DNA of 63,807 nucleotides, from positions 1-63,807 of IMG/VR virus record IMGVR_UViG_3300050138_000202; one strand, given 5' to 3'. Below, in pieces: positions 56,552-63,807 of this stretch; the stretch's first letter is position 1, and each line of letters opens with the position of its first letter. Source of the DNA: a virus. Lineage: Duplodnaviria; Caudoviricetes. Both the position numbers and the translations under genes were made by a program. A model generated the notes under the pieces. That model saw nothing but the letters and a program-made list of their open reading frames with translations, made no database searches and was not told where the DNA came from.

Positions 56552-57169
56552 TTAGCTTGCTCCCCAGCCAGCAACAAGTGTGCCAACTTTTCCGTGTTTC
56601 TTCAAACCCTTTTCACGCTCTGATTTAACTTGAGCATCACGCGCCTTTTCCGCCAATTTGATTTTCGCATTTAGTTTCGCAATCTTGCGCTGCAAACCCA
56701 GTGGGCGGAAATCACCCTCGCCGCATACTGGGCATTTGGTGCTACCTTGGCGCAAATTCTGCGTAGCGACCTTAGAGTGACAGCCTTCGCACGTTGCAAA
56801 CTTCGGCAACTTAACAGGAGCGCGGACCAAGGTTAGCATTTGCGTATTCAGCGCCGTAAGTTTGGCCGATAACTTTTCAACCTTGGCACTGTATTTGAAT
56901 GCGGTTTTATCCAAGAATTTGTAGCGCACAGCTACCACGAAGTCCCATTTCTGGGCAGTCTTCATGCAATATTCATGCGCAGCGTTGTAATCATCGAACA
57001 TCAAATTGGTATGATCTTTGACATCATGAACAGTTTGAAAATCGCCTGAATAGCCTTCTTGGTGCCCGTTATAGTCGCGATTTTCTTTGCGTAAATCGTT
57101 AAACTTCTCTTTGATTGCATGGAACGAAGGTGCTCCAGCCATCTCGAATTCGATATTGTGCGCGCCCAT
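56552..57169 (-). CDS. Hypothetical phage protein with Zn ribbon
   Basis: GYSGD, CEGC..CPVC; AAAGGGG RBS. Confidence 0.7.
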   Translation of the reverse strand: MGAHNIEFEMAGAPSFHAIKEKFNDLRKENRDYNGHQEGYSGDFQTVHDVKDHTNLMFDDYNAAHEYCMKTAQKWDFVVAVRYKFLDKTAFKYSAKVEKLSAKLTALNTQMLTLVRAPVKLPKFATCEGCHSKVATQNLRQGSTKCPVCGEGDFRPLGLQRKIAKLNAKIKLAEKARDAQVKSEREKGLKKHGKVGTLVAGWGAS

Positions 57170-57189
57170 AAATTACCCCTTTGTTTCGT

Positions 57190-57540
57190 TTAGTTGCTTA
57201 AAACCAATGTTCCGTTACTAATTGTGTAATTGTCCGTAACTGGTCCCAGATGTCCAGTACATGAATTGTACGTGCTGGTAAAAGTAACGGTTCCACTATT
57301 AGCGCCAGGATTGTGGTCTACCCACGTTCCCGCCTCAACGCAAGTCGTCGGCGATGTTTGACTAAGGGTGAATGTTCCTGAGCCATCAATCTGAGCAACA
57401 GCACCAACGAAGTCCCAAGTATTGATAAGCAGCGATTTGGGAGCAGGACTTGAATCATTAGAGCCGCCGCTAGAGCCACAGGCGGTCAATCCAAAACCAA
57501 TCAAAGACAAAATCATTAGACGTTTCGTATTATTTAGCAT
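57190..57540 (-). CDS. Lipoprotein (lipocalin-like beta)
   Basis: Lipobox LTAC-GSSGG. Confidence 0.7.
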   Translation of the reverse strand: MLNNTKRLMILSLIGFGLTACGSSGGSNDSSPAPKSLLINTWDFVGAVAQIDGSGTFTLSQTSPTTCVEAGTWVDHNPGANSGTVTFTSTYNSCTGHLGPVTDNYTISNGTLVLSN

Positions 57541-57797
57541 ATAATCCCCTTATTCCCCGCGTTTAGAAAGGGCGCAGTCCAGCGGGGGAACCAGACTGCG
57601 CCACAAATTGTCTGTTCTGTTGTTGATTCGCTTGCAGCGACCGACAGACACAAATAGGTAATGCACGCGATGTGCCAATCATAACTAATTGAATTCATTG
57701 TGGTATCGTAATGAGAAGCTGTCGAACTTATGAGCATTTTTATTGCGATAAACCAAATTTACAGCTATCACAATAACTTACCTATCTGAATAACTTG

Positions 57798-57827
57798 TTG
57801 ACATTTTTCATATGTTCGACGTATGAT
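57798..57827 (+). promoter_or_regulatory. sigma70-type promoter, leaderless
   Basis: TTGACA-18 nt-TATGAT, ATG 6 nt downstream. Confidence 0.6.
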
Positions 57828-57833
57828 AGTGAG

Positions 57834-58376
57834 ATGAAACGCTGCTATGTGTGCGAAGCGACTAAGCCACTCATTGAATTCTATAAAAACGTCTCAACAA
57901 AAGACGGTTTGCAATCCATGTGCAAAATATGTACCAAACGCACTCAACGTGCTACTCACATACTAGATCCATCGCGGCGCTCAGAAGGCAATAAAAAGCG
58001 CTATTATAAAAACCACGAATTAAGCAAACAGAGAGCCCGCAAGAAACATGCCAAGTTTCGTTCAGACAAACCAAATGAATTCGCAACGTATCAAGCTAAG
58101 CAAAAGCTTGCTGGATATGGTTTATCGCTAGAAGAATACGATAAAATGCTATTAGATCAAGGACATAAGTGCAAGCTATGTCCTATCATGCATATTAAAT
58201 CTAAAAGCCTATGCGTAGACCACAATCACGCGACTGGTTTGGTACGCGGTTTGCTGTGTAGATCATGCAACTCAATGCTTGGCCTTGCAAAAGATAGTCC
58301 AATCACATTGGCTAATGGTATCGCATACCTAGAAAACGATTCTCTAAAAAACACTTTTGTAAAAAAACAGTTTTAG
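57834..58376 (+). CDS. Endonuclease VII-type homing endonuclease
   Basis: YGLSLEEY..QGHKC..LCVDHNHATGLVRGLLCRSCNSMLG. Confidence 0.9.
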   Translation: MKRCYVCEATKPLIEFYKNVSTKDGLQSMCKICTKRTQRATHILDPSRRSEGNKKRYYKNHELSKQRARKKHAKFRSDKPNEFATYQAKQKLAGYGLSLEEYDKMLLDQGHKCKLCPIMHIKSKSLCVDHNHATGLVRGLLCRSCNSMLGLAKDSPITLANGIAYLENDSLKNTFVKKQF

Positions 58377-58435
58377 GACTACCCTATTAACCACTCCCCA
58401 TCGAACCCACTGGGTACCCCCTGCAAGTTTTATGC

Positions 58436-58762
58436 CTATTTGATTTCGTGTCTGAATTCTACTTCGTCGCACCATTCGTGCATTGCTTTAACGGGCTTGC
58501 CTACGAGCCTATAGACCATAGCGTCGTATAGCATGCGTAGCTCGCGCAGTGCCTTAAAATACTCGCTAGCGTCGTCACTGGTGAATATTAAGCGCTGCTG
58601 TAACCTATTATCGACATACAACTTCATGTCGTCAATACCACGCTTATCATTCCAGAATAGCGGAGATACGCAACCGATGTTTATCCACTTGTTTTCTTTG
58701 GTGTATATGCGAACTGTTGCGCCAGCTTGGTACATCTCTTTTTCAACGACAATCATAGGCAC
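58436..58762 (-). CDS. Hypothetical protein
   Basis: Co-directional; downstream of the sigma54 site at 58931. Confidence 0.55.
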   Translation of the reverse strand: MPMIVVEKEMYQAGATVRIYTKENKWINIGCVSPLFWNDKRGIDDMKLYVDNRLQQRLIFTSDDASEYFKALRELRMLYDAMVYRLVGKPVKAMHEWCDEVEFRHEIK

Positions 58763-59156
58763 CTCAACTCAATCATGCCAAAAATCCCCAATTCTGCAAG
58801 AAATCTCTAAATGATACGCCTCAAAATCGAACGTCTCAGAATGAGACAATCCCAAAATGAGATGGCATGAATATTGCATAGTCTCAATTTGAGAATCCCA
58901 ATATGAGACGTGGCCTGGAAATTGCAGAGTGCAATCCGCGTGCCAATCCCAAATTGAGACTGGCACCGATCTTGCATGCGCCTATATGTGGCACCGATCT
59001 TGCTTTGAGCGATTATGAGAATCTTTAATGATATCATATAGTTCCGAGCGCCTCTTATAACGCGTTTAAAACGATCAGTCTCTAATTGGTGCGTCTCAAA
59101 ATAGTCACATCCAATTTGCGAAATTAATGTGGCATGGCCTTTTGAATTCCTATTGA

Positions 59157-59506
59157 CCGCGCCACGCGACGCGCGCAAAATTTAGTGCCGACGATACGCG
59201 GCCACTCGAAGGCCAAATCCGGCCCAACGCCCCAAAATGAGACGCGTTATTCGCCCCGCCATTGCATTTTGCCGATCAGGTCCATGCATCGGGACCCGTT
59301 CAAATTCTCGTCGCGCCACGCGCGCCACGCGCGCTCAAGATGCCACGCCACGCGCCACAATTGATGCGCCACGCGGTGTCGCCACGCCACGCGATCTTTG
59401 CCCAGCCTCGCGGTCACGCGCCGCGCGAAATCCAGCCACGCGCCGCGCTGCGCGGTTTAAAGGCCTATTCACGCGCTGAACAATAGGGCCACGCGCCGCG
59501 CGTGGC
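59157..59506. repeat. GC-rich non-coding GCCACG(CG) repeat tract
   Basis: About a dozen GCCACG units; only low-complexity Arg/Ala ORFs. Confidence 0.75.
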
Positions 59507-59597
59507 AGTCTATGCAAAATCAGGGCCAACACAAAATCCAATGCAAGTTCTATGCCAAGTCTAAAAACGTATGCAAATCCCATGCCAAGCCTCCAGT

Positions 59598-59765
59598 TTA
59601 TGCAATTTTCGTGCCAACTAAAGAAATTGTCGTATAATAATGCGCCTTAAAATGATACGAGTCTTCAGCCTGCAATCGCTGTGCCACAACTCTATATTTC
59701 TCATTTTGAAACGTGATCTCTTGTCCCACACTGAGACGCCGCTTGCACCAAATATTGCGACTCAT
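59598..59765 (-). CDS. Small hypothetical protein
   Basis: GGAGG RBS. Confidence 0.55.
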   Translation of the reverse strand: MSRNIWCKRRLSVGQEITFQNEKYRVVAQRLQAEDSYHFKAHYYTTISLVGTKIA

Positions 59766-59786
59766 TTTGATACCTCCATGCAAAAG

Positions 59787-60014
59787 TTATGCCAACACTG
59801 CCTGTTTTTCGATTGACAGGTCTGTCTCATATTCATCCGTATAATAATCGAGCAGTTCAGAGTGTTTCGCTTTGAAACGTACCATTTTGACACCTTCATC
59901 GGCATATTCTTTTATGAGACGTTTCAAACCAATGCGTGCCAATTCGAGACTGGAATAGACCTCCAGCCAATCGCTCGATCCTGAGACATGTCTCAAAATG
60001 AATACGTGTTTCAT
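59787..60014 (-). CDS. Small hypothetical protein
   Basis: AAGGA RBS; sigma54 motif at 60034. Confidence 0.6.
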   Translation of the reverse strand: MKHVFILRHVSGSSDWLEVYSSLELARIGLKRLIKEYADEGVKMVRFKAKHSELLDYYTDEYETDLSIEKQAVLA

Positions 60015-60049
60015 ATTGATATCCTTTCGTTATGCAAGAGTTATGCCAA

Positions 60050-60178
60050 TCAATGTACCATTTCGAGACGCAATTCAAACTCAATACCATCGCGCCTCAA
60101 AATGAGACATACCGCCCAGACCTCGGCCTCTGTCTCGTAATCGAACGTCTTACCTTGATACACCACAATGTGTCTCAT
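60050..60178 (-). CDS. Small hypothetical protein (42 aa)
   Basis: AAAGGGG RBS; sigma54 motif at 60198. Confidence 0.5.
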   Translation of the reverse strand: MRHIVVYQGKTFDYETEAEVWAVCLILRRDGIEFELRLEMVH

Positions 60179-60204
60179 ATTGAAACCCCTTTGTTATGCA
60201 ATAT

Positions 60205-60876
60205 CTATGCCACTTTGTCCCATTTGGTATTCTCAAAATTCTTCGTCCCATGGTAGCACAGTCCCACTTTGAGACACGAACCCAGCGCGGCGACCATATC
60301 GTCGTCTGTCCCATTTTGATACCCTGCCGCCTCTAATTGATCCATTGTCTCAAAAACGCGCGCATGGAAATCTGTCTCAATTTGAATCAGTTTGTCTTGT
60401 TTGCCACCAAATGAGAATATGGCACGGAAATTGCTAGGCAATCGCGCTTTCTCATTTTGAAACATCTGGACCTGTTTCGTGTACGCATAGAACGAGACAC
60501 GTTTGTCCGCCTCAAAATGAGACATGATCTTAACCCATCGGTTTAGATATTCCATGGAGTAAAAGTCGCCCGCGTCATGAATTCTCACAACGAGACGTTT
60601 GGTTGATCTCTTATTGAGCCACTTTTCAATGTCTGCAATCATCATGCCAACGAATGTATCATTTTGAGTCAGTGCCAGTTTGGCTTCGTGGGCGCGCTTT
60701 ACATTCCCAAATTGATACGCGCCTTGCCGCGCATAACATCCCACAGCGCACAATCCCGCATTGGGACACGTTTTAATCCCACTTTGAGACATAAACGCTG
60801 GGATGGTCCAATTCACGTTGGTAATCCCATTTTGAGACGATTTCTTCATCTTGCTATTCTGCGTTAAAAGATCCAC
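60205..60876 (-). CDS. Gene product 88-like protein (radical-SAM-like Cys motif)
   Basis: TCPNAGLCAVGCYA, RIHDAGDF, YAYTK; GTG start after AAAGGGGG. Confidence 0.75.
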   Translation of the reverse strand: MDLLTQNSKMKKSSQNGITNVNWTIPAFMSQSGIKTCPNAGLCAVGCYARQGAYQFGNVKRAHEAKLALTQNDTFVGMMIADIEKWLNKRSTKRLVVRIHDAGDFYSMEYLNRWVKIMSHFEADKRVSFYAYTKQVQMFQNEKARLPSNFRAIFSFGGKQDKLIQIETDFHARVFETMDQLEAAGYQNGTDDDMVAALGSCLKVGLCYHGTKNFENTKWDKVA

Positions 60877-60921
60877 ACAATCCCCCTTTGATACGTTTAA
60901 ATTTGAGATCCAATGCAATTC

Positions 60922-61380
60922 TTATGCCACAACTCGCGTGTCTCGAATTGAGTCAGGTATCCGTACCTTTTTGAGACCGACCAAAGACCTTGCAAGAGTC
61001 AGGCCATCGGCCCAATCTGATGCGTCTCCATCTGAGGCGATATCAATTGCATCGCCCAAATAGTGTTTCAAAATGAGAAGACATGCCACCACGACCGTAT
61101 CATAAGGATACTGTCTCGTTTTGCAAAAATTGAATGCCTCATTTTGAGACATGTGCTCCCTAAACGACATGGGCTCACACGAACCGACTCGTTCTGAGCC
61201 ATTCACATTGAGACCACCATATGTCTTAGAATGAGCCGTGTATCCAGATAGACCACCATGTGTCTCAGAATAGTCACGTATCAATTTGGCACATTTTACA
61301 ATCGCGGTCTGATATTTCTTCTCATTTTGAGACGTTTGGCCGCGTTGGCCCTTAAAAGTCCAGTAGTGTGTATAACCCAT
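60922..61380 (-). CDS. Hypothetical phage protein
   Basis: MGYTHYW...FCKTRQYPYD; AAAGGGGG RBS. Confidence 0.75.
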   Translation of the reverse strand: MGYTHYWTFKGQRGQTSQNEKKYQTAIVKCAKLIRDYSETHGGLSGYTAHSKTYGGLNVNGSERVGSCEPMSFREHMSQNEAFNFCKTRQYPYDTVVVACLLILKHYLGDAIDIASDGDASDWADGLTLARSLVGLKKVRIPDSIRDTRVVA

Positions 61381-61601
61381 AAAATCCCCCTTTGAGACAC
61401 GTTATTGTGTCTCTATTTAATACTAACACGATACGTCAAAAAAACACAATAGCGATTCTCAATTTGGGACAAATGCCCTGAATATATCCATTATGAGACA
61501 GTACCAAAGAAAGACAACGAATATCTTTTGTCCCATTAGGAGACATTTCCACGAAACAGCTTGACTTCTCATTTTGGTACGCCTAATCCTATTTCGTCCC
61601 A

Positions 61602-61997
61602 TTATGCACCACGCTTGAACTGTCTCGTATTGAGACCAAATACCTTCGCCGAGCCATTTTGAGCCACCATATATGCCGCCTCAGATTGAAACACTGGTGT
61701 ATCAAACTGTTTCAGCACGAATGTCTCATAAAGATACGGGTTATATGTAACAATTTCACACGCATCAATCTGAGACTGATCGTGCGCCACATCTAATGCA
61801 ATTAGTGTGCCAACGACGCCAGCGTGTACGTTTTTGCGACGTTCCAATAAGACACGCTCCCTGCCTCGTTTTGAGACTTTATAGTCGCAGTCTCGTAATG
61901 AGACGAAGTTGGCATGCGCTATAACGCGTCCCGTTTTGAGACATTTAACGCTCCATACCTTCTTATGCAGGTTAAAGTAGACGAACACGCGTCCCAT
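61602..61997 (-). CDS. Hypothetical phage protein
   Basis: VYFNLHK..WSV, RKNVHA, VTYNPY. Confidence 0.75.
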   Translation of the reverse strand: MGRVFVYFNLHKKVWSVKCLKTGRVIAHANFVSLRDCDYKVSKRGRERVLLERRKNVHAGVVGTLIALDVAHDQSQIDACEIVTYNPYLYETFVLKQFDTPVFQSEAAYMVAQNGSAKVFGLNTRQFKRGA

Positions 61998-62161
61998 TAT
62001 GAGACCAATCGTTTCATTATAAGCCAAGTCGCGCGCAATGCCTCAAAATGAGATGGTTGGGCAGGCTGAGGAATTGTCGCATTTTGAGACTCTTTACCAC
62101 TCAAGCCACCTTGGATCAAAATGAGATAGTTTCCCGTTTTGGTACGTTTAGCGTTGACCAT
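61997..62161 (-). CDS. Small hypothetical protein
   Basis: AAGGGGG RBS; TAATG coupling. Confidence 0.55.
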   Translation of the reverse strand: MVNAKRTKTGNYLILIQGGLSGKESQNATIPQPAQPSHFEALRATWLIMKRLVS

Positions 62162-62238
62162 AAAATCCCCCCTTGAAAATGTTTCAATCTGAAACACTAG
62201 CCAGCGCCCCAAAAATGAGACGCTGGTATTGTCCCAAA

Positions 62239-62538
62239 TTAAGCCGCTACCGACTCTTTGCGTTCCACATTGAGACGCTTCGCGGTAGACACGTTAATTA
62301 GTCCCAATTCGTTACACTTAACGAATCCCACTTTGAGAAGAAGTGTCTCAGCATCGCACACACGGTTTGTCTCATATTGAGTCGTGGTGACGCTGAATTG
62401 GGCTGTCTCAAAATTACCCCCAGCCGCCTCAATACGAGACTTGATGGCTGCGCGTTCTTTTTCGAGACGCTTCATTTCTTGTCCCAAAGCGATAAACTGT
62501 GCCAAATCGGCGTCAGTAGGTTTGATAGCTTTTCCCAT
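62239..62538 (-). CDS. Hypothetical protein
   Basis: AGGAG RBS. Confidence 0.65.
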   Translation of the reverse strand: MGKAIKPTDADLAQFIALGQEMKRLEKERAAIKSRIEAAGGNFETAQFSVTTTQYETNRVCDAETLLLKVGFVKCNELGLINVSTAKRLNVERKESVAA

Positions 62539-62640
62539 TTTGATACTCCTGTGCCTCATTTTGAGGCAGTTTAGTGGACCATTTTGGCACACCACAAGAC
62601 CGTCCCACCATGAGACGGTCCTAGCTGTGTCAATTTAAGA

Positions 62641-62883
62641 CTATTTAGTGAAAACCCCAAAGTGTCTCACTTTGGTACGACGTACCGTTTTGATAATGTA
62701 TTGATCTAAGACAATGGACCATCTGGCTTGAATTGAGACAAGCTCACCAATCTCAAAACGAGACAGGTCCTGATAAGTCTGCAATTCGTGGCCATTGACC
62801 TCTATAGTGCCGCCTAAATCGGCTAAGCGATGTTTCGTTTTGATACGCCCTTTGGCGCTGTGGGTTTTATCTGGATTTATCAT
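62641..62883 (-). CDS. Hypothetical protein
   Basis: AGGGGG RBS. Confidence 0.55.
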   Translation of the reverse strand: MINPDKTHSAKGRIKTKHRLADLGGTIEVNGHELQTYQDLSRFEIGELVSIQARWSIVLDQYIIKTVRRTKVRHFGVFTK

Positions 62884-63807
62884 TATGAGACCCCCTAAAG
62901 ATCCTGTCTTAATTAACAGGACACAATAGACTAATGCATGGAATAGGCCAAAGAATCCTCAATGATTTCAATAGCCTCAGTATGAGAAGCTGTCGAACTA
63001 GTATACGTCTCATCACTGTGAGACATGCTAACCCTGCGAAACAGTTCTGAAAAAACGATTTTGTATAACTATTAGTCGATGCACTGGGCGTAGACACCTG
63101 GATGTACCATTATGAGGCTATGCAATCTTTACCATTGAATAGAGGTCTATTCCCCTAAGTCTTAACAGACCGGCATGAATAGACCGCGCCACGGGCCTTA
63201 TAACACGTTATAACATGCCACGCGCGCCTAAGTCCTAAGCTTAGTCAATTTAATAGGGCTAGACAAAATAGATCAGGACCATGACTCATTATGGGACAGT
63301 CGAAGAGTTTGTCTACCTGCAAAGGCTGTGCCAAGTCTCGTTATGAGAATAGCATGGTGACGGGATGCAATAGGTGCGCCAGTCTCAATTTAATACGGGA
63401 TAGGTGGGTTTTCCCCGCCTCACTTATGGTCTGTCCCACCTTGATACACCTGGCCACGCGCTGGGTTTTTGTGTTTCAAATTGAGATAATCTCTTATTGA
63501 GAATCCCTGAATGAGACTGAGTTGGCATGGCACGATAAATGCACCGCAATAAACGTCACAGCCTCACATTGAGACTAAGTTGGCATGGTCCAGAAATTGC
63601 ATAGCGTAGAGTGGCATGTCTCATATAGGGATGGCACGCTTTTTGAGGTCTGTCGAACTAACAGTGACTGAGTTTGAGACGCTATTCCCTATACACCTTA
63701 GTTCTCGCTATAAGCGCCGTGGTAAGGTGTGTGTCTAAAGTTTCGTCGCACCATAATGAGCCGCTATCTCGTTGTATTCAATAGGGAATGTCAATTTTAA
63801 GGCCCTT

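Larger units (their letters stand above)
58863..61006. promoter_or_regulatory. Cluster of sigma54 (-24/-12) promoter motifs TGGCnn-N5-TTGC
   Basis: Plus: 58863, 58911, 58961, 58989, 60420. Minus: 58931, 59514, 59543, 59573, 59602, 59672, 59780, 60034, 60198, 60635, 60915, 60992. Confidence 0.8.
58833..63680. repeat. Dispersed 15-bp palindrome GTCTCA-N3-TGAGAC and half-sites
   Basis: Perfect copy at 58833-58847; near-perfect at 60094, 60509, 61136, 61622, 61863, 61890, 61991 and 63561; about 68 GAGAC/GTCTC pentamers by hand count. Confidence 0.9.

Noticed and set aside
59237-59583. Arg/Ala-rich ORFs in the GC-rich tract
   Set aside because: Low-complexity translations of the repeat in several frames; no convincing RBS.
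58833-63680. CRISPR array or Type IIS restriction-site (GTCTC) explanation for the repeats
   Set aside because: Spacing is irregular, copies are degenerate and lie inside ORFs; the dyad with a fixed 3-nt centre fits a dimeric DNA-binding protein better.

Overview
The window is a 63.8-kb segment of a large contractile-tailed dsDNA phage. All protein assignments come from motif recognition, not database searches. The head/neck/tail module (prohead protease, scaffold, major capsid, neck proteins, sheath, tube, giant fibre; about 4.7-36 kb) resembles the Twort/SPO1-type layout. The host is probably Gram-negative, possibly Bdellovibrionota/Myxococcota-like (inference from a stand-alone PhaR-type regulator, lipoproteins and sigma54 promoters). 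The left end carries a vWA plus divergent adenylosuccinate-synthetase operon and a cluster of tRNA-like RNAs. The right half is mostly small minus-strand accessory genes (Thg1, CoaD, AAA ATPase, rIIB, cREC receiver, PhaR-like). About 13 free-standing homing endonucleases are scattered throughout. The most unusual signals are: (1) a ~5-kb terminal region saturated with a 15-bp palindrome GTCTCA-N3-TGAGAC written through coding sequence and interleaved with about 15 sigma54 (-24/-12) promoters; (2) an mCpol/Cas10-palm cyclase domain and a 2H-phosphoesterase plus lysozyme-like fusion inside the virion morphogenesis module, with candidate prohead-protease sites; (3) ice-binding (DUF3494) domains, one circularly permuted and inserted in the tail sheath; (4) covarying tRNA-mimic RNAs and a tRNA with a TTA anticodon; (5) an AATCTT late-promoter motif.
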